A stretch of DNA of 64,000 nt from Bugula neritina (GCA_964035545.1 OZ037768.1:12246741-12310740), one strand, 5' to 3'; positions 43,320-57,297 are shown, counted from the first letter of the stretch. Translations and numbers: made by a program. The notes: generated by a model not told the origin, from the sequence alone.

Positions 43320-43490
43320 GATGTAACCGTTGAGGACAAATTAGCAATAAACCCGGAGTCATGTCTCATTTGGATGCTGTGCTGTGCTTTATGTAGCCAA
43401 TTAAATCTCCTTCAGGCGTTGCTCCGTATTGTGATTGGTTAGATGTCATATCAGAAACACGCGTTATGTGTGAGCTTGCAGTAGGTTTCC
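43320..43490. promoter_or_regulatory. Candidate bidirectional promoter between ANKS3 (-) and WDR37 (+)
   Basis: The genes are head-to-head and the WDR37 ATG exon has an upstream acceptor, which implies a non-coding first exon. A CpG-richer patch spans 42700-43480, with oppositely oriented CCAAT boxes (AGCCAAT near 43396, GATTGG near 43433). The TSS cannot be determined. Confidence 0.3.
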
Positions 43491-43641
43491 TTCCTTGAAC
43501 TTCTCATTATAACGGACTGCAACTCGCTGAATACTCATCAACTTCAAGTTATTCAAATATGCCTGGAAGTTCTTATATTTGAGCTGTGGAGTTCTCAGTA
43601 AAATTGCTTCATTATATTTGAATATTTTCATAATAAATGTA

Positions 43642-43798
43642 TGTAAAATGACCATGAAAATCAAAGTGTTATTTTCTAGTCAGTATGAGTATCAGTATGA
43701 CTATGAGTATCAAGTTGATACTCATACTCATAGTCATACTGATACTCCTACTGATACTTACTAGAAAATAACACTTTGATTTTCATGGTCATTTTACA
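43642..43798. repeat. Near-spacerless inverted repeat (palindrome)
   Basis: TGTAAAATGACCATGAAAATCAAAGTGTTATTTTCTAGT and its exact reverse complement, with inner microsatellite arms meeting at TATCAA-G-TTGATA (centre 43714). Confidence 0.93.
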
Positions 43799-44607
43799 GA
43801 CTATCAAGTATGACTAGGAGTATCACTATGAGTATTACTATCACTATCAGTATAGAAAGTAAATTAAAACTTGTAGTTGCCGTTGGACTTGGTTAGTTTA
43901 ACGATAGCTTTAAATTTATAGTGATATATCACTATCATAACCCTAGTGGTGATTATAAATTATAACATATCATAAACCAAATATTATGAATTTACGTTTT
44001 CAGTTTAAAAGCTTATAACTTTAAATACGTATTTCACAGTTTGAGTTTGAGCGTTGGTTTCAATTACGATGACAATTTTAATGATAAACCTTTTATCATT
44101 TAATGTTATGCTTGCAGCGAGCTAACCATTTATTATTATGAATTTATGGTTTTTGGCAATCATTATGGTTATGCTGGTACTGACTACTTGTAGTTTGAGA
44201 ATAAGTTATTAAATATTTATTTTGTTTTTATGTTATAATTTTAGTAGACTGCAATTATAGTGAGAAATTTACTGTTAGGGTTGAACTTGGTGGCACGAGC
44301 CACTAATAATAATACTGGTATTTAGTATAAAACTCACTCAATGAGCAAGTCACTTGTATTAATACCAAGTCTAATAATCAATTACCATAAAACCCAAAAT
44401 AAGAAGCAACATAATTATTATTGCAAGTGAGCCTGTTTATTTATACAAAAAAATAAAATTTAATGCTAGGAAGGTTAGTGATAGTTAGTCATTTATTGTG
44501 AATCAATATTAATGCTGGCTTACTATCTCATATGGTGCATCAATAAATATAAATACTATTATGATTTTAATTATAACTTTCATTATTCCCCTTCTATGTA
44601 AGTATAC

Positions 44608-44790
44608 TCATGATTTTCACCATGTTTCATCCACTCCAAGCAGGTTGACTGTCATGGATCTCTATTTGAATCCATCTTCTGGCATCCCTACACATTCTCT
44701 ATAGCTCATTTTGGTCCAGTCTTTGATATTGTTCATCCACATGACTCTAGGGCCTAGGCTGACCTCTTCCTCTCTTTCCTTCAATCTTTG
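44608..44790 (-). mobile_element. Decayed 3' fragment of an RTE-type LINE (ORF2 C-terminus)
   Basis: The minus strand reads KIEGKRGRGQPR, then a frameshift, then MWMNNIKDWTKMSYRECVGMPEDGFK*RSMTVNL. This matches the typical RTE C-terminal GKRxRGRPR..W.D.I..W...WR pattern. Confidence 0.8.
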
Positions 44791-46895
44791 AACTTATAAT
44801 TTTATATACTGATACTGTTCTAATAGAGTTTTATACAAATGATGATGAGTTGTTGGGGCTTACAGTGCGAGAATATTTTCTACATGCTACTACATGTAAA
44901 CAGATTTTAATATAAAATATCACTGGAGGTATATATTTGATTGTGTAAACTGCCAAATTAGAAATAACAATATAGTTTTTGGTTTTGTCTCAGATGTGAA
45001 ATATAGACTAATGAAAAACTTGTACTAGTCCTGGTTGATAGAGCATGTTTAAGAGTGTGCCAACAAATTATAGTTTTGGTAATCATGGCATAAGTGTATA
45101 TTTAATGCATGCTGAAGCTTAAATAGTGCCATCAGATTGCAGCTCGAACGAATGAAACTTTTCTGGCATTGAAACGGTCTCTGTCAAGTTTGTTAGTAAA
45201 AAGTTGTAGGCTATTTCTTTACAATATAAGTTACTATGCAACTAGTAGGGTGTTGTATATATTTATTTTTCGCTCATTGATAACAAAATGGGTCAATCTT
45301 ATTAAAAATTTAATAGGCATAACATTTTTTTGCATTTGGTGTCATTTATTGTTATATTTACTGCTAATAATGCATTATAATATGCTCTTGAAAATCGAGA
45401 AACAATGTAGTACACAATGATTAAATTTAGTTATTTTTAATTCTTAAACTAGGAGTTAATATAGATTGTATACATGGCCTTTTGTTTAAGGTTTTAATAA
45501 ACAGTGTTACCTGCATGGAAGGTTTTTGATATAGGATTAAAATTTATATTCTGAAGCAATATTAGGGTGTTTTGCATTACATTTGATAGTTTATTAGTGC
45601 CTGGTTCAGAAAACCTTTCTGCTGTATATAGCTAAAGTTTAATAATCTTCAGTTTTAAGGTAAATGATTTTAACAGCTAATAAGGGTATAGTTGCCTGCA
45701 GACAAAAGTTTTTACACATAAAGTTGTTTGTGGCTGCTTCTATGATGTATGTAATTGTTGTGTTGCAATGGGTAAACAAGACTCAATGTAACCCTATCTA
45801 GCAGAAAACCTTGCTATTAATAAATTAATGAGAGTGTCAGAAATGCAATTAGCTGTTTCATTTCTCTTATAGATTTGTTGACCTTTAGGCTGTGAACGAA
45901 ACATGTGCTATGATTTAATGTTCTGTAATCATATTGATTGTTCTTTGCTTACATTCAAAATCAATGTTTCTTATTGAATTTGTTGCTTTCTTTACCCTTA
46001 ATTAAACAATGCTGTGTTTGCACAAACTGCTGCAGCAGACTAAATAAAGGTCACCATAAGCTTGTAAAATATTAGGTTTCCTTAAAATAGCAGTGTTGAA
46101 TGGTGTATAAAATTTAGGATTTTTATAGTACATAAAAGCCTTTATATTAAGGCAAGTTGCAAATAATACAAACTCTGAAAAACATTTCAGAGTTTTATTA
46201 TTTTATTTAAGATGGAAAACCGAGCTTACACTTTCTCTAGGAGTTTGCGTAGTCAATAGTTATTATGCAAATTACAAGTAAGCTACTTGAAAGTAATACC
46301 TTCCAGAGCCTGATAATCTCCTAATTTAGTTTGCATTGACATCATAAGAAGCAAAACTGTTTGTCCTCAAGCTTAGCGTTAAACTTGTACATTGCAAAGC
46401 TGCAGCTGACGTTATTTCAAACTAAAGGCTGCCGCGTTATCTTCCAACTCTTATTCAATAGACTTGTTCTTAAAACATATTCTGCTGGAGTCTTATAAGC
46501 TGCAGAGGGAAAGGGATCAAAACTTTCTCTGGTTTTAACTAGGGAGCATTCACCAATAGTAAAAAGATGGGAGTCATCAGGCTCATTGCTGTGGCATCAA
46601 AATGATTCAATACTCACACACATTTCTCAACTTCTGGGATATAATTTGCTGTGTTTAGTCTTTTTGAGCTATAAGTATAGCCCTTTGTAGTACAGCGATG
46701 GTGATAGCCCAGAATTATGATAACATATTACTGTATATCTCTGTCGCAATAAAAAAATATGCTGGTTTCTAATTATTAAAATATATCATGGGTTTTATTT
46801 TATTTGCTATCCGACAGATGACCAAAGTCAGAGCTGATGGTGCATCGATCTACAATAAAAACTGATATAGTGAATGCCTGAATAAAATATTTATC

Positions 46896-49800
46896 ATGCC
46901 TGGAGATAATGGTGTGGCCCATGGAGCTAGCAAATTTAAACATAAAGTCTGGAAAAGACAGCGAAGTACTACAGAGGGAGAAAACTCCCGTTGTGCTGAC
47001 TCTACTACCCTAGACAGCTGCAGGTAAGATAGCACTGTGTTGTGCTGATGTTAATAGCTGTATAAGACTAATATTATATGATGATACTTCCTCAATCCAT
47101 GACAAATACTGGGTTTTTAAGACTGCTAAATATCTCGATTTTTTGCAGTCATAATGCACCCAGCATACTACTATTACAAATAGTCTGTTTCTGCAGACCC
47201 TTCTAAACTGTGCTGTTGATTAATACTTTTATGCTGTATGTGTTAAGACTTCAGAGAATGCCACTTTGCAGTTTTTGACATGTAGCTCTTCCAAATCCAG
47301 GCTGAACAATAATGTTTAATCTGCATTTCTGCACTTGATGGTACTAATGCCATTTTCAGCTCTTTACATATATTACTCTTCTAGTAACTGGAAATGTATT
47401 TTAGTTGCTGCTTTGTTGTTACACCCTATGTATTGTATTCAGCAACAGCCTGCAGGTTGCAGAAGCTGCAGCTGTTGGTGTAAATGTTATATTCTTATAA
47501 AGCCTTGAGTTTGGACCGCTGCTTGCATAATAATTGTTTGTATTGAAGGCAGAACCTGAGAGCCCTATTCAGTCAGATAGAACAGGAGTTTGAGAAGTTA
47601 TACTCTGAAAATATCAGCTGTAAGTTAATTCACATAGTTGTGCTATCAGTTGTTACAGTATCAGTGTATCAGTATCCTGTACTTGTTAGCCGACTTCTAA
47701 CAGTAAAACTAGTTTTATACATTCTAGGTATGGTTCTCTCCCCTCCCTAATATCTATTCCCTAATATCTATATACTAAATAATTTCTGTTGATTTTTGAT
47801 TTATGAAACATTAAACGAAATTTCATGTAAGTTGCGTACTATATATGAGGTTGAGACATCCTCGATAAACTAAGACCACTAGTGAGTCAAGACCATTCAG
47901 TGTAATAGCAATAGGTAAGGCCTGATCCCGCATAATAATTACACTCAGTCTGTTTACGAAGATGCTGACATTTAGCTGATGATATCATCTGTCATTCATG
48001 TATAAATAATGTTAAAGTACTTTAGCCAGCCACCATTTCACCTCAGGTTGTTGCTAGCTATCCAAGTATTCAATTACTCACTCTAACCCTACATTCACCT
48101 ACTGATAGTCTATCTGTTTCATGCAGACACATGCTGGCTATATATGGGCACTTTAAACCATGCGATACCAGCTGTAAGCTGTTACTAGCCACTACAGTAT
48201 ATCATACTCAATCGAGATTATGGTGTAATATGTAAACAATGAGACACTATCACTGATGTTGCTTGGATAGTGTTGTTTTAGGTCATCACACAATATATTC
48301 ACCAAATGTTTTGACTTTTTGGCAATTAGTAAGTTAGTGGAAAAATAGTTGGGATCCACAACAGCTTTAGCTGTCAGCAAAATATATGAGTATTGTGCTT
48401 TGTCAACTTATGCCACTATACTGGTGTCAAAAGTTGACAAATAGAATTTGAATAAACTGCTATCTAAATTAGAAATTGTTATTAATTTTGTCTACTAGTG
48501 TCGTTGTTATTACATATTACAGTATATATTTAGGAGGTCCTGATGTTGTAGTTAGCAGCCATTTAAGTTGGTGGCAATCTTCTTTGTATCATGATTTAGA
48601 GAGATATCCATACTCAATTGCTATCTACAGATCTGAGAGGCACAACTCAGCTATGAGAAATCATGCCATGAAGCACGTCCATGTTATGCAAATTAAAACT
48701 TGCTTATTTTTTGTCCCAGATTATGCTAGCCAGTCTATTCTTATAAAGCATATTGTTATAGAGTAAGTGGCATTAAGGTCCCATTGCTGTTAGATCTTAC
48801 CATTTCTGTTTTAGTGCAAGACAGAGTTAACTTATTGTCCCTAAGATTGGAGCAGTGTGGATCTGCAGAAAGGGCAGACAACTATGATCAAATTGATGGT
48901 GGTCTGCAGAAGAACGCTAAGAAATGTAAGCTGATTATCCATGTTGTTGAAGCAATGCTATATTCATAGGTGTGTGGCATCCGGATAGAATTGCCGCTAC
49001 CTCATACATTGTCTTTCCACTGCAAGATTGTGATTTATGGCGGTTATTAATGTGCTATTTTTAGCCTAACAAAGCATAATATTTCACATTTAATAATGGT
49101 TGTATCTGCAGTCACTGAAGTTAGTCTCCTATCAAGTCTTTAATAGTTGTAACTCTTTATGTAACTGCTTTATCTCAGTGCTGATCTGATAACGTCCTAA
49201 CTATAAGCTATACCAATATGACAGCATAGTAATGTACACTGTACACTGTATATCAATATGACAGTATAGTAATGTACACTGTACACTGTATATCAATATG
49301 ACAGTATAGTAATGTACACTGTATACTGTATATCAATATGACAGTATATTAAATCACATAAATGAGTTGTTTGTTTGCATATTATCTGGGGACTTGAACA
49401 GTATTCAATATAAGTTGGTATAATCATGTCCTGATGCTAATCACACTAACTAGTACATTTATTGCACACCATATTTTATTTCTTTAGCTGGCAGTCAAAT
49501 TTCACAGAAAATAAAAAGCACCTACAAGACGTCTACGAGTAGGTTTACCAGCACCTTTAAGAGCACCAGCCAGCCGTACTGTGGTCAGTTAGTTCGGACA
49601 TTCGCTGACCATACAGACGGTGTGTGGGAGGTCAGCGTATCTCACCAGGGTCATAGAGTGCTGGGAACAGCTTCTGCAGGTAAACGCAAGGTCTTGACAG
49701 TTTATGTATGCCCTGTATAGTAAATACTGCTTAACATCAAGCTTGCTGGGTATACTTTCCTCTGAAATAGATTTTGTACACTAGATGATGTGTACTGAGT

Positions 49801-52800
49801 GTATCCCATATACTCTGTCATCAAATTTGAGGATACTCTATTGTTGAACAGCATTTTATTTTCATTGTGTTGGCCAACCCATAACTTATATGATGTATTG
49901 TGGGATAGTCACTACATTGCAGGTGACTCAACATAATGTGCCCATTTTGCTGTAGATTACACTGCGAGAATCTGGTGCATTGAGTCAGGAGCTGTGCTGC
50001 TGCAATACTATGGCCACCATGGCTCCGTAAACTCCATCAGATTTCACCCAACCAACGACTTGGTTCTCACAGCCTCTGGTGATAACACAGCTCATATATG
50101 GAAAGCCTCTATTCCAACTTCTCTACTTACCAGTTCAGAGCTCAAAAATGTAATCACCCTGTTTATTAGCTTTATTTGTTGCTGATTTTTCCTCCTATCA
50201 GTTAGCATGTGGTGTTGAGTGAGTACAGGTGCACCTGCTGTAAGATTTTACCAACTGAATGTATAGACTAATAGAGGGATTGATTAAGAAATTAATTGGT
50301 ATTATTAACGTTTTAGTGTAGCCTGAACTATTGCATGTTGAGGTGCTTGCTGCTGTAAATTGATACTAATGAGTTTCATTGAAGAGACAAATGAATATCA
50401 ATTACAATGTGTTAATACTGAGGTGGTTAATATATGGTAGGTAATGAGTAAGTTTTTGAATATAATAATTAGGATGAAATAAATACATGTGTGAATGAAG
50501 TTCATGCTGAGCTGTTATGATTTCTACTCTCTATGGTTGAATAGAAGCAGTCTTCAGATGAAGAGGTGGAAGACGAAAAAGCTGTAGATGTAAGCAACAC
50601 GCACTTTATACATGCCCCACTACAAACTATACTCGGCCATTCCAATGTAGTAGTTGCAGCTGATTGGCTGGTGAAGGGGGATCGTGTGATCAGTGGCTCG
50701 TGGGACGGGTCTGCTTTAGTGTCGGATGTGGAAACCGGTGTAACTGTCGACACTCTATCTGGTCAGTTGGTCTTTAAGGCCCCTTCACTTACTTAATCTA
50801 ATATAGTTTCATTTCGTGCCATTGATGTCTTCTTAACCAACTGACTGTTAAGAGGGTCAAACACTCAATCACTGATTAAGGATGTTGTACTGATAACTCT
50901 ATTTATAGTAACAAATCTCTGCATGCAGTAATTCCCTTAAGCCGCTGATTCGATTATTGACTACTTGATTAGGAACCAGTCTTTGAATTTCCGTTACAAT
51001 TTCCTATTTTATATATTTGCTAACACTTTTCTTTTTAGTAATGCCTAATAGAATTAATTATATATTGGTAATTGCACTTTTCCACTACAGATTGAAAGAA
51101 GTTTTCTCATCTATGTTTTGTATTCTGGCGATAAAGTTTGTTAGTATGTGTGTGCGACCATGTGTGTTTGTGAGCATAGCCATAGCTGTGCATCTCATGT
51201 TACTAGTAAATCAACTTTGCTCAACCTTTATGTTCGCCGCAAGTTTGTTTTTTAAAAACGCTGTGTCCTGTTGGGAAAACTTTTTTCAACTTTTGAAAAC
51301 AAAACTTTATTCAATATGAAAATATTTCACCAGCTAGGCTGCACTGTTTTCGTTGTGGGAAATGTTATTATTCTAATGCTTTGATAGATAGCTAAATTAT
51401 TTACAATTGTAGAGAGTAATAGGTATATACTGACTATGCTGTATACATTTCTTACCTCTAGGGCATGAGAATGCTCTCACCAATGTAGTCTGTCACTCCT
51501 CTCAACCTTTTGCTCTAACCTCTTCCAAAGACTCATCAGTTCGCCTTTGGGACATCCGAGACAGCTCAGTGCAAGTCAATGCTCTAGTCGGCCATTCTTC
51601 GTAAGTGAACAACAACGCTCTTCTCTATTGTCAAGTTTTGCACCAAGTTTCCATCTCTTGGAATAATTCAGCATTTTTGGTTTCAAATTATGTTTAATAC
51701 CTACTAAGCACTGCTAACTTCCGAATGAGACATGAAGTAACTTGATAAATAGTCTAAAATCTAAAGCAACAGGTTTCATTGTTGGCAAGTTGGTAGGTGC
51801 TCTAGACTTCTAAGACTGTCTTTACAATTGGGCAACGCAATAACTGAGCTAATTCCTAAGAGTTTCTGCTGTAGATCTAACATTTATGACTTTGGAGTAA
51901 TTGGGAGCCAGTTTCATCCTGCCACATTACTCCGTCATCATTTTCCTTTTTATATTTTTTTATTTTCGTGAAAATTAATTTCTCATCCACTAGATTACAT
52001 CAACTTTTCGGAACTTTTAAAGACTCATTAAAGCAATCTGCATGGCAAGAAGAGCATTGTGACATCATAAATATCTTTCAAGTTGACGTTTTTGTTTGTA
52101 CAAAATCTCTTCAGTTAAGCATTATTGTAAATAATTCGCGTGCATTGCCAACTTTGGCTCATAAACCTGCCTATCACAATTTCCAGAGCATGAAGGAAGT
52201 ATATCATCTAAATGAAATAACTGTATTAAATGGTGCTATTGAATGCACACAAGTTACTTTGTGTCTTGCAGGTCTGTCACATCAGCAGTGTTTGCGGCTA
52301 CTAATAGAATTGTCTCCAGCAGTGATGACCGAACTGTAAAGTGTTGGGACATGAGAAACATGTCAACTCCTTATATAGTCATCCGTTGTGATTCCGCAGT
52401 CAATAGGTAACGGACTACGGCTCTTTGTCCTTGGTATAATGGTCCATTGATATTACAAAAAGTGTCTTGTTGTACAGCTTTACTGTATGCTCCCAACAAT
52501 GTAGTAATCAACTGGCAGTATGACAATGATTTTTGGTGCACCTCATGTTTATAAAATGAGAACTCATTTGTATTTAAAATAAGACAGCCATGCTCTTAAT
52601 TCAAACTACAACTTAAAATTTGAAGCCAACTTATATTTTAGTTTTTCTGTCAGATCTTTGACCTGCATGCTTCTTATTTTAAATGTGTATTTTTAGATTG
52701 TCCGTCTCAAACACTGGAACCATAGCTGTGCCTCAAGACAATCGCCACATCAGGCTGTATGATCTTAATGGTGCAAGACTTGGCCGTCTTCCCAGATCTA

Positions 52801-53663
52801 ACCATGTGGTGGGTTTGGGCTTTAGATAGTTTATGCTTTGTGTAATGTTGCTGAAATTATTTCAGTTACAGGCTACTTTATGAATAATGTAAAAGCTCAT
52901 AAAAAGAATAGTGTTTAAGCACACAGATGAATGCGATATGTTTTTTGCTCTTTATGTTGGTTCTTGGTTATTCAATATATTGTCATTCTCACTAAAAAGT
53001 AATACTTAACAATTAAACTACAATCTACACTTGTAGTCGTGCAGCTGCTTCTATTATACTTATATTTCCTCTCTGGAGAGTTAGTGATGCAAATGCACTG
53101 TACATGTCATGTTGTTTACTGTTCTGCACTAGATCCTAGTGTGCTTAGTGCAGCAGTATCAATTTTTCTTTTTCTTTCAACTGTCTTTGCATGTATTTTT
53201 CTTTATATTCATAAAGTATTCCCATGTTGAAAATAACTAAACCGTGTAATTGTCATACAGGGGTAGAAAAAAATGAGATTCTCAAATTGAGGTTGTCTGT
53301 TCTTGACTAATAAGGCCATGTTTTTTTGTCAAAACTCTAAAACTCATTTTAGTTCTTGAAAAAATATTTTCCTCTTCCATTTTGAACTAGTTAACACTGC
53401 GATTTACTCTGCAGGTATTTTATAACTAATTAATTTAAGAAGATAACTCCAAAAGTTTCTTTTTTACATAATTGTATAGCATTATATGCATTGAAATTTT
53501 GTTATTTCAGGGACATACTCGTATGGTTTCCTCTACTGTGTGGAATGATGACATTGGAGGATGCTGCAATTTATTCACAGCTGGTTTTGAAAAACGAGTG
53601 TTGGGTTGGAATGTGACTGTAAAAACTTCAGACTCTAAAGATAAAACTAAGTCAAATAACTAG
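46896..53663 (+). CDS. WDR37: WD repeat-containing protein 37
   Basis: Exons 46896-47023, 47549-47619, 48815-48925, 49488-49679, 49956-50149, 50545-50761, 51462-51600, 52272-52406, 52697-52808, 53511-53663. Motifs [95 protein letters not shown] and GHTRMV. Confidence 0.93.
49211..49348. repeat. 40-bp tandem repeat, about 3.5 copies
   Basis: Unit TATCAATATGACAGTATAGTAATGTACACTGTACACTGTA. Confidence 0.9.
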
Positions 53664-54086
53664 TCACCATTATACATGTACTCATTACTTTTTCTGTAGA
53701 TATGATTGAAAGTGTTAAAAACACTATTGCTATCTAACTCTGCTGGTGGAATCGTTTTGTGTTTGGTCACCTAAGTGAAATTATCTCGCTTATTATAAAT
53801 TACAAAACTGAATTAGTCTACTTACAAAATGGCACTTTTACATTTTTGGCTTACGTATTTTTAGCTCTATTTATTTACTCTGTACATGTTTTCTGACTTT
53901 AATTTATTATAGCCATTGCATGAGAATTCAGAGTTGGTCCACTTGCTTAAAAGAAGTTATTCTAAATTTTGCTGTTAAATTTTATTTCACAAAACCAAAG
54001 AGCATGATTTACTGTAACATCAAGATAATGAATATTTTTAACAGTTGGCTTTAACAATCAAGAATGAAATAATCTTTGGTCAATGA

Positions 54087-56458
54087 CTAACAGCTAGTTT
54101 TGCTGTAGTATATAGAAGTAGGTTTTCCAGATGTAAAAGATTTTCCTGATCCACAGAAGTAGTATCTACAAAACCATTCAGATATCAAATATCACCTGAC
54201 TTTTTACATATGATTATTATGTATAAAGTGTTAACCATGTTTTCCTAGAGTATAAACTATAATACATTTGTGTAGTCGAAATACAACACTGTATACAAAC
54301 TAGAACTCACCCATTTTTGTTGCTGGTTGTCAATGCTATCTCATGGATTTTTACGGCGTTGTTGCAGAACCTCAAGTATCCACACGCCTGGGTGTAAAAA
54401 GCAATTGAAGTTATAAACACATTTAATTTGAAATATTTTCTAGCATGGTATGATGATCAACAGCCCTCTACACTACTTGTAGATTAATATTGAAATCACC
54501 CTCTGCCAATTCTTGCAGCAAGATAGTTGAGGAGGTCATGTTGAGCCTTTATAATTCTTTTACTCACGCAAGAACTATAAAGGCTCAACATGACCTCCTC
54601 AACTATCTTGCTGCAAGAATTTGTAGAGGGTGATTTCAATATTAATCTACAAGTAGTGTAGAGGGCTGTTTACCATACCATGCTAGAAAATAATTCTTTT
54701 ACATTATGGTTTAAATCATTTGCAAAATATGTGTACAAAATGATAATATTATATGTTTTATGATACATACTTTGGTAATCACTCTCCACCATGATAAATC
54801 TCGAGTCCAGACTATCTCCATGCTTGTCGGATGGCCCATAGTCTTAGGAAATGCAACAACATAGCTATGCGTAGCTCCAGCTTTGAGAACATTTCTACAG
54901 ATCAACACAATCTTATTTTTAAGGTTATTTTCAATCTGATGACAAATTGTATCATCAGGTTTAGTGAAGACAAAACAAAGGTCAAAAAAACTGTATTCAT
55001 TATTAAAATTTTTTTGGTACACTTCATTTTAATTTGAATTATATATGTGTACATAGATTTACTGCGATATAAAGAACATACATATGTTGTGCTTGCACTC
55101 CTAGAGTGCAAGTAAAATGTTACAGAACCATATTCTTATTGTAGTCAGACTAATTATAAAAATACAGTATGCAATAGAGTTGTTAACTTACTTTTCTTTG
55201 TTCACTTTGAATGTTTGTTTTGTGCCTTTGCTGTCACTCACGGTTATATCTACTTCACCATAAAACTCTAAGGAGCCGGGGTCCATTGTTACATCCACTC
55301 TGTACCCAGATGCTGGAGGTATGTAATTTTTTTTCAAAATTTGCACTGATTAGTCCAATTATATATAAATAAAAAAGCATTTATATCATGTCTTTAAATT
55401 TTTTAGGATGGTTTATGTGCTAAATTAGCTCAAGGTTGAGAAAATAGAGGTTAACGCAAATTGTTATTATATTGTATATTCACATGTATCAATTGCAGAT
55501 TTGAAATTAACGTTACAGCCCTGTGTACAGAAAATCAATTGAGTCATGGCTCTAGGCTGTCATCATGCTGAAGTCATTGCCAATGAGTCATTGGCTAAAT
55601 TCTTATTCCAAACAGCTAGATAATTAAATTATTAAACTGGATATGCCATATAAAACACGGTCTGTCAACATTAGAAGTAATGTGTTGGTAGTGTTTAAAG
55701 GATCTGTGATGACTACCAATGCCTTGCAATGCAATGTTATAATAATCAGAAATATGGCCAATTTGTACCCTACTATATACACAATGTCAGATATTCTTCT
55801 AGATGTTGGGCTAGAAACTGAACGCTCCAAACTAAGAAAGGCATATAATTGTGAAACTGTAGCTAAATAATGCTTATACATTAGTTTTATATATAACTAT
55901 ATATCATAAGATTGGAAGTTAGCTTATAATCAATAATAGTAAATTGTAAAGTCTGACTTAATTACATAACAGGCTTGCTAGGCATAACATGAACACCCAG
56001 TAATTGATCATCTTTTGTACACTAGAGCTGCTCTAATGAGTTCTAAAAGACAGACTGAAAGTTAATTATATACACTAGTTTATGATCAAGGATCTTTTAC
56101 AACGCCATAAATTTCGACTTTCTCAAGTGTGTTTTGTGTTCCTGTGTTTATATTTGCATGCATTATAAAATAATAAATAGCTATTCCAATAATAGTGCAA
56201 CTGATATAATATAGTTAGGATAATCTAGTAAAATTAAGTCACTGTTTTAAAACTTTATGAATGGTTACATGCATACTATGTATAAGCCAATTTGAGAAAA
56301 TAATGCATCACGTACCACAAAAGTTGTTATCAATTCCAGTAGTATGAAGGTAGTACTTTTTATAACCTTTATTAGCCGGTTTGTGAGCAGCAAACCCCAT
56401 TGAGTTACAGTTATCGGTTGTGTCACAGGCAATGGAGCATTTCCCTTCTTCATAATCT
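54087..56458 (-). CDS. Pancreatic-lipase-family protein, 3' exons (end of catalytic domain plus PLAT domain); 5' exons lie beyond the Gypsy insertion
   Basis: Exons 56316-56458, 55192-55312, 54771-54894, 54311-54387 and 54087-54165 join in frame: DYEEGKCSIACDTTDNCNSMGFAAHK...YYLHTTGIDNNFCASGYRVDVTM...YYFCGSG...C*. The G.C..C....C..MG..A...YYL.T....FC..Y.V.V pattern is characteristic of PNLIP-like lipases. Confidence 0.82.
54434..54692. repeat. Long inverted repeat: arms about 125 bp, loop about 10 nt, in a lipase intron
   Basis: TATTTTCTAGCATGGTATG...GAGCCTTTATAATTCTT, then loop TTACTCACGC, then AAGAACTATAAAGGCTC...CATACCATGCTAGAAAATA, with only a few mismatches and one small indel. Confidence 0.96.
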
Positions 56459-56991
56459 CTGCAAATTCAACAAGTTATAAAGTAGTCAACAGTTTTAGAT
56501 ACTTTCCATGGATATTTTCTATATTAATATTTAGGCATGGGCTCTCAATAAATTGTTAGATTTATAAAAAATAATTGAAATTGTTAATTTTTGCCCCACT
56601 ATGTACTCACTTGAAGCTACTACATAAAATTGAGTTGAAATCACAGTCATTGACAGATTCACTGAAGTACTTTATTGCTCGATCGTGGTCGCATGCAAAG
56701 AACCTTTTCAAACCTGAAATGATTAAAAAATCTAAAATAATATGTGTGCGTGCGTGCGTGTCTTTTTTCAAAGATGTAATATTTTATATAAACTAAATAT
56801 CAGAATTCACATTTACCTACGAAACTAGTTATAAACAACACAGTTTTTTGAATAAGATAATCTGCTTAATAAAGCACCTATTTTATATATGAACAACTAA
56901 TATATATTCATTTTATTTTAAATTCAAATGCATGCAATACAAAAATGTTCCGCACCCTTGTTGTAAACTTATATTTCTTTCAAGCAACAAT

Positions 56992-57296
56992 TGTGGTGGT
57001 TCGTGGAACTACCAGCAGCACAACATGTAGGGTCGCGTAATTGACCCGGAACAATGGATAGCCAATTAGCGTAGTTGATAGTTAGCAGCAATTGTAGTTT
57101 CCCGCTGCTAACTCAGTCGAAGCTAGAGTGTGAAATAGATTAGATGTGTAACTTGTTTGGAGATAATGTATCGTTTTTATAATGTATAATTGTGTGTAAA
57201 ATATACTCGTTCACTCGACTTATCCTGGTGCAGTTCTATAGTAAATAAATAGACTCTCTGGATAGCACATCAACCCTAAATCTGAAAATCTTAACA
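56992..57296 (+). repeat. Putative 5' LTR, about 305 bp (left boundary approximate)
   Basis: Starts TGTGG, ends TTAACA one nt before the PBS, and contains AATAAA near 57244. The left end cannot be confirmed without the 3' LTR. Confidence 0.65.
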
Positions 57297-57297
57297 G

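Noticed and set aside
47443-47479. Possible extra WDR37 micro-exon ([11 protein letters not shown])
   Set aside because: The flanking exons join in frame without it, its phases do not clearly fit, and no homology supports it.
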